Of a stretch of DNA of 64,000 nucleotides, positions 29,695-39,549 are shown one piece after another. The stretch is from an uncultured Butyrivibrio sp. (GTDB taxonomy: Bacteria > Bacillota > Clostridia > Lachnospirales > Lachnospiraceae), in the NCBI GenBank assembly GCA_947167765.1, contig CAMVJI010000002.1:494-64493 (forward strand), given 5' to 3'. The notes beneath the pieces were generated by a model. That model worked only from the letters and a program-made list of their open reading frames with translations. It was not told the DNA's origin and made no database searches. The position numbers and the translations under genes are program-made. Positions within the stretch are counted from its first letter, which is position 1. Each line of letters opens with the position of its first letter.

Positions 29695-30955
29695 ACCTTT
29701 TGAAAAGAAAGTATACCTGTCTTCGCCAACAATGCACGGAGAGGAACAGGAGTTTATCAGGGAAGCTTTTGAGACTAACTGGATTTCTACAGTTGGAGCA
29801 AATATCAATGAATCTGAAAAGATGATCGCTGAAAAGATCGGATGCAAGGATGCTGTAGCTCTTTCATCCGGAACAGCTGCCCTTCACCTGGCTATTAAGC
29901 TTGCAGGCGAAAGATTATATGGTCAGCCTAAGGTAGGACATGGTGTTCTTGAAGGGAAGAAAGTCTTTTGCTCAGATATGACTTTCGATGCAACAGTTAA
30001 TCCTATTGCATATGAGGGTGGAGAAGCAGTATTTATCGACACAGAGTATGACACCTGGAACATGAGCCCTAAGGCTCTTGAGAAGGCATTTGAGATATAT
30101 CCAGAGGTTAAGCTTCTTGTTATTGCGCACTTGTATGGAACTCCAGGCAAGGCAGATGAGATAAGGGCGATCTGTGATAAGCATGGTGCTCTTATTGTTG
30201 AGGATGCCGCAGAGTCTTTAGGCGCAACCTACAAGGGCAGGCAGACTGGAAACTTCGGAGATTACAGCATTATATCGTTTAATGGAAACAAGATAATTAC
30301 AGGATCCTCAGGCGGAATGTTCATTACAAATTCTGAAGAGGATGCTCACAAGGTCCGCAAGTGGTCTACCCAGGCCAGAGAGGATGCACCCTGGTATCAG
30401 CACGAAGAGCTTGGTTTTAACTACCGCATGAGTAACATCATCGCCGGTATTGTCAGGGGACAGATCCCTCATCTTGAAGAGCATATAGCTCAGAAGAAAG
30501 CTATTTATATGCGATACAAGGAAGGCCTTAAGGATCTTCCGGTTTCAATGAATCCTTTTGATGAGAAAAAGAGTGAGCCTAATTTCTGGCTCTCATGTAT
30601 GCTCATAGATAAAGATGCAATGTGCAAACAGGTAAGGGGCGAAAAGGACGTTTTATATGCATCTGAGCCTGGTAAGAGCTGTCCAACAGAAATTCTTGAC
30701 GCTATTTCAGCCATCAACGCAGAGGGAAGACCCATCTGGAAGCCAATGCACATGCAGCCTATCTATCGCTCTAATCCTTTTATTACAGAACAGGGTAATG
30801 GAAGAGCAAGAAGTAATGCCTATATAGACGAGGGAGCAATCCTTGATGTGGGCATGGATATTTTTGAAAGAGGTCTTTGCCTTCCAAGTGACAACAAGAT
30901 GACTCCTGAGCAGCAGGATGTTGTCATCGCAGCTATCAAGAAGTGTTTTGAGTAA
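29684..30955 (+). CDS. DegT/DnrJ PLP sugar aminotransferase (PglE/EpsN-like)
   Basis: SSGTAALHLA, EDAAESLGA, SFNGNKIIT, NYRMSN, RPIWKPMH and GLCLPS motifs. Confidence 0.9.
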   Translation: MEIKPFEKKVYLSSPTMHGEEQEFIREAFETNWISTVGANINESEKMIAEKIGCKDAVALSSGTAALHLAIKLAGERLYGQPKVGHGVLEGKKVFCSDMTFDATVNPIAYEGGEAVFIDTEYDTWNMSPKALEKAFEIYPEVKLLVIAHLYGTPGKADEIRAICDKHGALIVEDAAESLGATYKGRQTGNFGDYSIISFNGNKIITGSSGGMFITNSEEDAHKVRKWSTQAREDAPWYQHEELGFNYRMSNIIAGIVRGQIPHLEEHIAQKKAIYMRYKEGLKDLPVSMNPFDEKKSEPNFWLSCMLIDKDAMCKQVRGEKDVLYASEPGKSCPTEILDAISAINAEGRPIWKPMHMQPIYRSNPFITEQGNGRARSNAYIDEGAILDVGMDIFERGLCLPSDNKMTPEQQDVVIAAIKKCFE

Positions 30956-30969
30956 AGTGCTAAAGGTAT

Positions 30970-31620
30970 ATGTACAAGAAGTTTGTAAAAAGATTCTTAG
31001 ACATCTTAATATCACTGGTGATCCTTGTGCTGTTCTTTTGGCTCTATCTGATCCTTGCAGCCCTTGTGCGCATAAAGCTTGGAAGTCCTGTGCTGTTCAA
31101 ACAGCCAAGACCTGGCAAGGATGAAAAGATCTTTAACATGTACAAGTTCAGGACCATGACAGACGCAAGGGACAAAGAGGGTAAGCTTCTTCCAGATAGC
31201 GAAAGGCTCACAGGTTTTGGTAAGCTCCTTAGAAAGACCAGCCTTGATGAGCTTCCAGAGCTCTTTTGTATCCTGAAAGGAGACATGAGCTTTATTGGTC
31301 CAAGGCCCCTTCTTGTTGAGTATCTTCCCTATTACACCAAGAGGGAGAAACTCAGGCATACAGTAAGGCCGGGACTTACAGGGCTTGCTCAGGCCAGCGG
31401 CAGAAACACAGTGGACTGGGATACCAGGTTTGAGCTTGATGCCACATACGTTGAAAATTTAAGCTTTTTGATGGATTTAAAGGTCATTGTAATGACCATA
31501 AAAACAGTGCTTGGCCATTCTGAGCAGGTGGCAGAGGATACCTCCAAGGTTGAGGGTAACTTTGCAAAGATCAGGCAGGAGCGCCTTGATAGAACTGGCA
31601 AGCTAAAGGAAGATGAGTAA
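30970..31620 (+). CDS. Small phosphoglycosyl transferase (PglC/EpsL-like)
   Basis: KRFLDI, KFRTM, SLDELPEL, GPRPLL and RPGLTGLAQ motifs. Confidence 0.9.
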   Translation: MYKKFVKRFLDILISLVILVLFFWLYLILAALVRIKLGSPVLFKQPRPGKDEKIFNMYKFRTMTDARDKEGKLLPDSERLTGFGKLLRKTSLDELPELFCILKGDMSFIGPRPLLVEYLPYYTKREKLRHTVRPGLTGLAQASGRNTVDWDTRFELDATYVENLSFLMDLKVIVMTIKTVLGHSEQVAEDTSKVEGNFAKIRQERLDRTGKLKEDE

Positions 31621-31655
31621 CTTTTAAGTGCACGGTGTTAAAGGAGAGAAGGACT

Positions 31656-32645
31656 ATGCCAACAAACATTCTTGTACTCAGCGCTGGAACAAGGAATAAG
31701 GTCATACAGGCATTTAAGCAGGAGCTTGCCAACAATGGTAAGGTATTTGCCACAGACTGCTCCAATATTGGACCCGCAATCTATGATGCGGATGAGGCGA
31801 TTATCGTGCCAAGGATAAAGGATCCTTTTTATATTGATGAGATCCTTGGAGTCTGCAAAAAGAACAACATAAAGGGTGTATTTAGCCTGATAGATCCAGA
31901 GCTATCTCTTCTTGCTGAAAATGCTGACAGATTTACTGAGATTGGTGTAACTCCAATAGTTTCATCCTATGAGCTTTGTGAAACCAGCCTTGATAAATAC
32001 AGGATGTACGAAATGCTGGTGAAACTGGGAATACCTACAGCTAAGTGTTACCTTACAATGGAAGCCTTTGAGACAGCACTTTCTGAAGGCGAAGTAGACT
32101 ATCCGGTATTTGTTAAACCAAGAAACGGAAGTGCGTCAATAAATATAAATGCAGTAGAGTCAAAAGAGATGCTTGTAGCTCTTTTCCACGATTATGACGA
32201 CCTGATCATCCAGGAGTATATGAAGGGACAGGAGTACGGCGCCGATGTGTACATAGATCTTTTAAGTGGCAAGTGCACAGATATTTTCCTCAAAGAGAAG
32301 ATCAAGATGAGAGCAGGTGAAACAGATAAGTCTGTTTCTGTGAAGGATGAAAGACTCTTTGAGCAGATCGTATCTTTTGTGGAGACAGTGGGCTACAGAG
32401 GAATGATCGATATAGATCTTTTCTACGACAATGCTACTGATACCTGGTATCTTTCTGAAGTCAATCCAAGGTTTGGCGGCGGATATCCCCACGCCTATGC
32501 CTGCGGAGTAAACTTTCCAAGGTGCATTATCAATAACCTGAATGGTTATGAAAACCCTGTCAGGATCGGGGATTACCAGGAAGGTATATATATGATGAAA
32601 TATAACGAGCTTTGCATAATGGCTGAAGACAAGCTTGCAAAGTAA
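31656..32645 (+). CDS. ATP-grasp domain protein
   Basis: DKY, YPVFVKPRNGSAS, IIQEY and EVNPRFGGGYP motifs. Confidence 0.85.
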   Translation: MPTNILVLSAGTRNKVIQAFKQELANNGKVFATDCSNIGPAIYDADEAIIVPRIKDPFYIDEILGVCKKNNIKGVFSLIDPELSLLAENADRFTEIGVTPIVSSYELCETSLDKYRMYEMLVKLGIPTAKCYLTMEAFETALSEGEVDYPVFVKPRNGSASININAVESKEMLVALFHDYDDLIIQEYMKGQEYGADVYIDLLSGKCTDIFLKEKIKMRAGETDKSVSVKDERLFEQIVSFVETVGYRGMIDIDLFYDNATDTWYLSEVNPRFGGGYPHAYACGVNFPRCIINNLNGYENPVRIGDYQEGIYMMKYNELCIMAEDKLAK

Positions 32646-32648
32646 AAG

Positions 32649-33758
32649 GTGGAGAGTATGCCAAAAGCGTTGATACTGGCTAATTCATCCAGCGGTCTTT
32701 ATGACTTTAGAAATGAGCTTCTTACCGGGCTCATGGCGGAGGGCTTTGAGGTTGTTGTAAGCCTTCCCGATGATCTTAAGGTAAAAGAGCTTACGGATGA
32801 AGGCTGCAGGGTGGTACATACAGACATTAACAGGCGCGGAGTCAATCCTATGCAGGATATGGCTCTTTTTGGCGCTTATAAGAGATTATTAAAAAGTGAA
32901 AAACCTGATATAGTCATCACCTATACTATTAAGCCCAATATCTACGGAGGTTTTGCTTCAAGGCTCCTTAAGGTGCCGTATATTTCAACGGTCACAGGTC
33001 TTGGATCAACCTTTGAAAGAGGCGGAGTTCTTTTAAAGCTCATAGTTGCCATGTACAAGACTTCCCTTAAGGGATGCAGGAGTCTATTTTTCCAGAATGA
33101 GTACAATCATCAGATCTTTGAAAAGTATGGCATCAGAGGGAAAAAGGCAGTTGTGGTTAACGGCTCCGGAGTAAACCTTGAAAAGCACAGATTTGAGGAG
33201 TATCCGGGACACAGGGACGATGTCACAAGGTTCCTTTATATTGGACGCCTCATGAAGGAAAAAGGTACTGAGGAGCTATTGTATGCAGCTAAAAAAGCCC
33301 ATGAAAAATATGGGGATAAGGTTTCTTTTGCGGCGGTTGGATACTCAGAGGAAGACTTTGAGCAGCTGGTAAAGGAGGCCACAGCTGGAGGATACTTTAA
33401 GACCATTCCATACCAGAAGGATATACACCCTTACTTAAAGGAAGCTGATGCTGTTGTGCACCCCTCCTATCATGAGGGCATGAGTAATGTCCTTATGGAG
33501 GCAGCTGCCACGGGAAGGCCTGTAATTGCCTCAGATATAAACGGCTGTAAGGAAGTGGTTGAAAGAGATGTATCCGGATTTTTGTGTGCTCCAAGGGACA
33601 AGGAAGCTCTTTATGAAGCTATTGAGAAGTTCATGGAACTATCACCCCAAAAGCGTGCAGATATGGGAAAAGCAGCCAGAAACCACGTGGAGCAGAAATT
33701 TGACAGGCGTAGTATAATATTGACGTATATTAATGAGATAAAAGAGATTGTTAAATAA
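32649..33758 (+). CDS. GT4 glycosyltransferase (PglA/CapM-like)
   Basis: DFR, YTIKPNIYG, TGLG, GSGVN, GRLMKEKG and EGMSNVLMEAAA motifs. Start could be ATG 32658. Confidence 0.88.
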   Translation: MESMPKALILANSSSGLYDFRNELLTGLMAEGFEVVVSLPDDLKVKELTDEGCRVVHTDINRRGVNPMQDMALFGAYKRLLKSEKPDIVITYTIKPNIYGGFASRLLKVPYISTVTGLGSTFERGGVLLKLIVAMYKTSLKGCRSLFFQNEYNHQIFEKYGIRGKKAVVVNGSGVNLEKHRFEEYPGHRDDVTRFLYIGRLMKEKGTEELLYAAKKAHEKYGDKVSFAAVGYSEEDFEQLVKEATAGGYFKTIPYQKDIHPYLKEADAVVHPSYHEGMSNVLMEAAATGRPVIASDINGCKEVVERDVSGFLCAPRDKEALYEAIEKFMELSPQKRADMGKAARNHVEQKFDRRSIILTYINEIKEIVK

Positions 33759-33775
33759 ATCCTGGAGGAAATAAA

Positions 33776-35092
33776 ATGGATCTTTATGAGAAACTTCTTG
33801 CTGGAGAAGAAAAGCTTTCACTGGTAGGACTTGGTTACGTAGGAATGCCTATAGCTGTAGCTTATGCCAAGAAAATCAAGGTAGTAGGTTATGATTTCAA
33901 CGCTCAGAAGGTTGAGCTTTATAAAAAGGGCATCGATCCTACAAGAGAAGTTGGAAATGATGCTATCAAGGAGACAACTGTAGAATTTACAGCTGATCCT
34001 GAAAAGCTCCGCGAGTGTAAATTCCACGTAGTAGCAGTTCCAACACCAGTTAATGACGATCATACACCAGATCTTTCACCTGTTGAGGGAGCAAGCCACA
34101 CTCTTGGTAAGTACCTCACAAAGGGTTCTATTGTTGTATATGAGTCAACTGTTTACCCTGGAGTAACAGAGGACATCTGTGTACCTATCCTTGAACAGGA
34201 GTCAGGCCTTAAGTGCGGCGTTGACTTCAAGGTTGGTTATTCACCAGAGCGTATCAACCCAGGTGATAAGGTTCACAGACTTGATACCATCACCAAGATC
34301 GTATCTGGTATGGATGAAGAGACACTGGATACAGTAGCCAAGGTTTACAGCCTTGTTGCTCTTGCTGGTGTTTATAAGGCTCAGTCCATCAAGGTTGCTG
34401 AGGCTGCCAAGGTTATCGAGAACTCACAGCGTGATATCAACATCGCTTTCATGAACGAGCTGTCTATGATCTTCCACAAGATGGGCATTGACACCAAGAG
34501 CGTTCTTGAGGCAGCAGGTACCAAGTGGAACTTCCTTAAGTTCTTCCCAGGTCTTGTTGGTGGACACTGCATCGGTGTTGACCCTTACTACCTTACATAC
34601 AAGGCAGAGGAGCTTGGTTACCACTCACAGATCATTCTCTCAGGTCGTCGCATCAACGATGACATGGGCAAGTACATTGCTGAGTCACTGGTTAAGCGCC
34701 TTATCGCTAATGACATCTCAGTTAAGAATGCAAAGGTTGCTATCCTTGGATTTACTTTCAAGGAGAACTGCCCGGATACACGTAATACCAAGGTTATCGA
34801 TATCTACAATGAGCTTAAAGAATATGGCATCACTCCAGTAGTTGTGGATCCTCAGGCTGACGCTGATGAAGCAAGGCGCCTCTATGGTATCGAGTTTGAT
34901 TCTATGGATTCTGTTAAGAACATGGATGCTGTCATCATGGCTGTTGCACATGAGGACTTTAAGGACTACAAGCCTTCTGATATTGCCAGGTTCTTTGATC
35001 CTGCACACAAGACCAAAGTATTCATGGACCTTAAGGGCATCTATGACATGAATGATTACACAGCCCCAGAGTTTGATTATTGGAGGCTATGA
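33776..35092 (+). CDS. UDP-N-acetylhexosamine 6-dehydrogenase (WbpO/TviB/CapL-like)
   Basis: GLGYVG, VAVPTP, ESTVYPG, YSPERINPGD, GLVGGHCIGVDPYY and FKENCPD motifs. Confidence 0.92.
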   Translation: MDLYEKLLAGEEKLSLVGLGYVGMPIAVAYAKKIKVVGYDFNAQKVELYKKGIDPTREVGNDAIKETTVEFTADPEKLRECKFHVVAVPTPVNDDHTPDLSPVEGASHTLGKYLTKGSIVVYESTVYPGVTEDICVPILEQESGLKCGVDFKVGYSPERINPGDKVHRLDTITKIVSGMDEETLDTVAKVYSLVALAGVYKAQSIKVAEAAKVIENSQRDINIAFMNELSMIFHKMGIDTKSVLEAAGTKWNFLKFFPGLVGGHCIGVDPYYLTYKAEELGYHSQIILSGRRINDDMGKYIAESLVKRLIANDISVKNAKVAILGFTFKENCPDTRNTKVIDIYNELKEYGITPVVVDPQADADEARRLYGIEFDSMDSVKNMDAVIMAVAHEDFKDYKPSDIARFFDPAHKTKVFMDLKGIYDMNDYTAPEFDYWRL

Positions 35093-35104
35093 CTGAGAGC
35101 ACTT

Positions 35105-35173
35105 AACGAGGTTCTGTCGAGTTTAGTGCGAACGTCGTTCTGGCGAGCGTAGCGAGAGCAGAACTTCCTTGTT
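35105..35173 (+). other. Intergenic hairpin containing GCGAGCGTAGCGAG
   Basis: GTTCTG (35111 or 35137) can pair with CAGAAC (35159-35164), with AACGAG/CTTGTT outside. The loop carries TAGCGA at 35150-35155. Confidence 0.4.
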
Positions 35174-35185
35174 TAGGAGATAATT

Positions 35186-36160
35186 ATGGGATTTAAAGAT
35201 TTAAAGTTTCCTGAAGGCAGCGTGTTCCTTGTAACAGGCGGTGCAGGATTTATCGGTTCAAATATCTGCGAGGCTCTTCTTGATATGGGCTACACAGTCC
35301 GCTGTATGGACAACCTTTCTACAGGACACATAGAGAATATCCAGCCTTTCATGGAGAACCCAAGATTCACTTTCCTTGAGAAGGATATCCGCGATCTGGA
35401 TTCCTGCATGGAGGCTACTAAGGGAGTGGACTACGTTCTCAATGAGGCAGCCTGGGGCTCTGTTCCAAGAAGTATTGAGATGCCTCTTTTATATGAGGAG
35501 ATCAACATCAGAGGAACCCTCAACATGATGGAAGCTTCAAGACAGAACGGCGTTAAGAAGTTCGTCTATGCTTCAAGCTCTTCAGTTTATGGAGATTCTA
35601 CAGTTCTTCCCAAGAAGGAAGGACAGGAGGGCAACGTTCTTTCACCTTACGCCCTTACCAAGAAGACAGATGAGGAGTACGGCAAGCTCTATAAAAAGCT
35701 TTATGGTCTTGATACCTACGGCCTTAGATACTTCAACGTGTTTGGAAGACGTCAGGATCCTAACGGCGCTTATGCAGCTGTTATCCCTAAGTTCCTTCGT
35801 CAGCTCATGCACGGCGAGACTCCTACTATCAACGGCGATGGCAAGCAGTCAAGAGACTTCACATATGTTGACAATGTTATAGAGGGTAACCTTCGCGCAT
35901 GTCTTGCTTCATCTGAGGCAGCTGGAGAAGCTTACAACATTGGAGCTGGCGGAAGAGAGTATCTTATCGATGTCTATCATCACCTTACAGATGCTCTTGG
36001 CGTAGACGTTGAGCCAATCTTTGGACCTCCAAGAGCTGGAGACATCAGGGATTCCAACGCTGACATTTCAAAGGCAAGAAAGAACTTAGGCTACGATCCA
36101 TCTTATGATTTCAAGGCAGGTATTGAACTTGCCATTGAATGGTACAGGAACAATCTATGA
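35186..36160 (+). CDS. UDP-GlcNAc(A) 4-epimerase (WbpP/TviC-like SDR)
   Basis: TGGAGFIGS, GSVPRS, YASSSSVYG, SPYALTK, LRYFNVFG and YAAVIP motifs. Confidence 0.9.
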   Translation: MGFKDLKFPEGSVFLVTGGAGFIGSNICEALLDMGYTVRCMDNLSTGHIENIQPFMENPRFTFLEKDIRDLDSCMEATKGVDYVLNEAAWGSVPRSIEMPLLYEEINIRGTLNMMEASRQNGVKKFVYASSSSVYGDSTVLPKKEGQEGNVLSPYALTKKTDEEYGKLYKKLYGLDTYGLRYFNVFGRRQDPNGAYAAVIPKFLRQLMHGETPTINGDGKQSRDFTYVDNVIEGNLRACLASSEAAGEAYNIGAGGREYLIDVYHHLTDALGVDVEPIFGPPRAGDIRDSNADISKARKNLGYDPSYDFKAGIELAIEWYRNNL

Positions 36161-36900
36161 GAATAGCGATTCGTATGGATGACATCACACCGGATATGGA
36201 CTGGAGCAAGTTTAAGAGATTTAAGAATCTCCTGGACGAGCATGACATCAAGCCACTTATCGGAGTGATACCGGAAAACAGAGACAGAAGCCTTTCCAAG
36301 ACGGAAGCCAGAGAAGGGTTTTGGAGTTACGTAAAAGAGCTCCAGGAACATGGCTGGATGGTGGCTATGCACGGCTACAATCACGTTTATACCACCAAAA
36401 ATCCAGGAATGTTTCCTATTGGAGATAAATCTGAATTTGCCGGATTATCCTACGACAGGCAGTATGAGCTGATAAAAGAGGGAAAGAAGTCGCTACTTGC
36501 TAAGGGCATTGTAACAGACATCTTCATGGCGCCTTCTCACTCTTTTGACAAAAATACACTGCGGGCTCTCAAGGAGAATGGATTTTATATCGTCACTGAT
36601 GGATTTGGGATTGCGCCTTTCAGACAAAATGGAATGGTGTTTTATCCCATATCAGTAAACAGGTCCAGGACTTTAGAGGACACAAGGGATGGCATTGTGA
36701 CCTTTGTCTATCATTCAAACAGCATGAATGATAAAGACTTTGATAAACTTGAGAAGCTCCTTCTTAGCGGAAAAGCTGTTTCCTACTCTGAGTACAGTCG
36801 CCTTGCAATAGTGGACAAGACCACTACAGACAAGATAGGGCAGTACCTGACAGCTAAGGCTAAGTATACTTTCCTTCATCTTAGAAAAATATTGGGGTAA
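36157..36900 (+). CDS. Polysaccharide deacetylase-like protein (CE4/DUF2334-like)
   Basis: IRMDD, GVIP, MHGYNH, SEFAG and FMAPSH motifs. ATGA overlap with the previous stop. Confidence 0.75.
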   Translation: MRIAIRMDDITPDMDWSKFKRFKNLLDEHDIKPLIGVIPENRDRSLSKTEAREGFWSYVKELQEHGWMVAMHGYNHVYTTKNPGMFPIGDKSEFAGLSYDRQYELIKEGKKSLLAKGIVTDIFMAPSHSFDKNTLRALKENGFYIVTDGFGIAPFRQNGMVFYPISVNRSRTLEDTRDGIVTFVYHSNSMNDKDFDKLEKLLLSGKAVSYSEYSRLAIVDKTTTDKIGQYLTAKAKYTFLHLRKILG

Positions 36901-36904
36901 TGGT

Positions 36905-38350
36905 ATGGAAGAAGGCTACGGTCAGATCCGTGTACTCCATGTCCTTGGGGGATTAGGACTTGGAGGCGCAGAGTGCAGAATAATTGATCTATATAGGAAT
37001 ATGGACAGGGACAAGATACAGTTTGATTTCCTTGTCCACTATTCACCTGAAAAAACAGGAAAGAAGAGTCCGACTTCTGATGAACTGATGGCAGTTCGAG
37101 AGCCGGACTATTTTGATAATAGCGTACATAAACTTGGAGGCAGGATTTTCTGCCTTCCCAAGTTTACTGGTACAAATATTGTTGAGTACAAGTCTGCCAT
37201 AAAGAGATTCTTTGATACTCACCCAAATGAGTGGAAGGTTGTCCAGGGCCACATGACAAGCACTGCATCAATCTACCTTCCAATTGCAAAAAAATCAGGT
37301 GTACCTATCTGCATCGCCCATTCAAGAAGTGCCGGCGTAGACAATGGTATTAAGGGCTTTGCCACCAGGTTTTTGCGCACTCCTCTTCACAAGGAAGGCA
37401 TAACCGATTACAACTTTGCCTGCTCAAGTGAAGCGGGACTGTCTGTTTTTGGAAAAGAGCTTATGGACGCAGGAAAGGTTAAGATCATTCCCAATGCCAT
37501 TGACCTTAAGCGCTTTGCCTACAACGAGGAAAAGAGAAATGCCATCAGGCAGGAGCTTGGCGTATCAAATGCCATAGTCATCGGTCATGTTGGCAGCTTT
37601 AGATACGCAAAAAACCATGAGTTTTTGCTTAATGTATTTGCACAGGTCTGCAGGCTCCTTGATAATGATGACCTCAATCAGTACAGCATGATGCATGGAA
37701 TGAAGATCAAGCTCCTCATGCTTGGAAGAGGTCCTTTGATGGAGGATATGATGAAGCTTGCTGACAAGCTCCACATCAAAGACAGGTGCATTTTTGCAGG
37801 AAATAAGTCCAATGCCAGCGACTACTACCAGGCAATGGACTACTTCTGTTTCCCTTCAAGATATGAAGGACTTCCTGGAAGTGTTGTAGAGGCCCAGGCA
37901 GCAGGCCTTCAGTGTCTTGTATCTGACACCATCACAAAAGAGGTGTGTATAACAGAACTTGTTTCAGTCCGCAGCATTACTTCCCAGCCCCGTGACTGGG
38001 CAAGGAAGATTCTGGATGATCTGATGCTCAGGGAGGATTATCAGCCTGATGCACTTATGGAGGAGATCAAGGTCAACGAGACCTTCACCAAGATTGCAGG
38101 AGAGAGACGCGAGAGCGTATTTGAGACAGAGGATACTCCTGATATTGACATGCTTGATAATGGCACAGGATTTGAAGCTCTGAACATTCCAAAAGAAACT
38201 ACCAGTCACCACCACAGAGCTATTGAGTATTCAATTGGCGACAGGGCTCAGAGCAGTGACTATATTTTAGGCAAGCTCAGGGATGCAGGCTTTGATGTTA
38301 AGTCCCAGGCCAGAATGATGGTCTATTTCTACGAGAGAGGACATTTTTGA
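36905..38350 (+). CDS. GT4 glycosyltransferase (EpsF-like) with an insertion near the C-terminus
   Basis: RVLHV..GGAE, IAHSRS, IIPNAID, GHVG..KNH and EGLPGSVVEAQAAGL motifs. Confidence 0.85.
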   Translation: MEEGYGQIRVLHVLGGLGLGGAECRIIDLYRNMDRDKIQFDFLVHYSPEKTGKKSPTSDELMAVREPDYFDNSVHKLGGRIFCLPKFTGTNIVEYKSAIKRFFDTHPNEWKVVQGHMTSTASIYLPIAKKSGVPICIAHSRSAGVDNGIKGFATRFLRTPLHKEGITDYNFACSSEAGLSVFGKELMDAGKVKIIPNAIDLKRFAYNEEKRNAIRQELGVSNAIVIGHVGSFRYAKNHEFLLNVFAQVCRLLDNDDLNQYSMMHGMKIKLLMLGRGPLMEDMMKLADKLHIKDRCIFAGNKSNASDYYQAMDYFCFPSRYEGLPGSVVEAQAAGLQCLVSDTITKEVCITELVSVRSITSQPRDWARKILDDLMLREDYQPDALMEEIKVNETFTKIAGERRESVFETEDTPDIDMLDNGTGFEALNIPKETTSHHHRAIEYSIGDRAQSSDYILGKLRDAGFDVKSQARMMVYFYERGHF

Positions 38351-39549
38351 TGAGCTTATCGGAAAAGAAAAATCTGATGCTTATGGTTCCTATGCTCCAC
38401 CAGGGCGGATTTGAGAGAGTATGTGTAAAGACCGCCAGGCTGATGCAGGATTATTACAACGTATTTATCCTGATCTTCAGTTCAAAGGACATCAACTATG
38501 ATGTGTCAGGATTAAATGTCATCGACATAGATGTTCCTGCAAAAAAAGGAGCACTTAACAAGGTTATAAATGTATTTAAAAGGGTGAGCAAGGTCAAAAA
38601 GCTAAAAAGAGAGCTTAAGATCGATATATCCTACAGCTTCGGAAGCAGCGCCAATTATGTAAATGTTCTTTCAAGGACAAAAGAAAAAGTTCTGACAGGG
38701 CTTCGCTGCCAGACGGACATGGAAAATATCCGGCAGGTCAAGCTCTTTTGCGGAAGATCTGACCAGGTGCTGTCCTGTTCAAAAGAGATCGTTCGCCAGT
38801 TAGAAAAAGACTTTGACTATACAAGAAGCACTTTTATCTACAATCCTCTTGATGTGGAGGATATAGAGAAAAAGGCAAGTGAGGATATATCCGACTATCC
38901 ATTCACAGGTGATAACGTGGTGATCTCCTCCATGGCAAGAAATGATTATATCAAAGGAATCTGGCATCTTGTGAAGGCCTTTTCAATTGCGGCAAAGGAC
39001 CACCAGGAAGCTCGCCTTATGGTTTTGGGAGCAGGCAATTTTGATAAGTACAGAGAGCTTTCCAAGGCTCTTGGCATAGCGGACAAGGTCTTTTTCCCAG
39101 GAGTTAGAAAGAACCCATTCTCTTATGTTAAGGCCTCTGACATCTATGTATGCAGCTCCAATCACGAGGGGTTTCCCAATGCAGTTCTTGAGGCTATGGC
39201 TCTTAAAAAGCCCCTTATCTCTGCGGATTGTAAGACAGGTCCAAGAGAGATCCTCTTATCAGAAAAAGAGTACCAGGACCTTATAGACCGCATTCCAGAT
39301 GGCAGCAGTATACGAGAACCGGTTGAGGGTGAATTTGGTATCCTGGTTCCTGATATGGATGAGCATGAGAACTTCGATCCAGATGTTGTCACCGAGGGAG
39401 AAAGGCTTCTAGCTGCTGAGATTGAAAAGATGCTGGCATCAAAAGAGCTTCGGGAAAAATACAGCAAAAAGTCCTATGAAAGAGCTCTTTTCTATACACC
39501 AGAATGCTATAAAGACAGTATTCATAAGATACTTACGAGGTACGAATAA
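38350..39549 (+). CDS. GT4 glycosyltransferase (PglJ-like)
   Basis: GGFERV, IYNP, NPF and EGFPNAVLEAMA..DCKTGPREIL motifs. Confidence 0.85.
   Translation: MSLSEKKNLMLMVPMLHQGGFERVCVKTARLMQDYYNVFILIFSSKDINYDVSGLNVIDIDVPAKKGALNKVINVFKRVSKVKKLKRELKIDISYSFGSSANYVNVLSRTKEKVLTGLRCQTDMENIRQVKLFCGRSDQVLSCSKEIVRQLEKDFDYTRSTFIYNPLDVEDIEKKASEDISDYPFTGDNVVISSMARNDYIKGIWHLVKAFSIAAKDHQEARLMVLGAGNFDKYRELSKALGIADKVFFPGVRKNPFSYVKASDIYVCSSNHEGFPNAVLEAMALKKPLISADCKTGPREILLSEKEYQDLIDRIPDGSSIREPVEGEFGILVPDMDEHENFDPDVVTEGERLLAAEIEKMLASKELREKYSKKSYERALFYTPECYKDSIHKILTRYE

Noticed and set aside
33700-33718. TTGACA and TATAAT upstream of the dehydrogenase gene
   Set aside because: The spacer is only 7 nt, so these two hexamers cannot form one sigma-A promoter.
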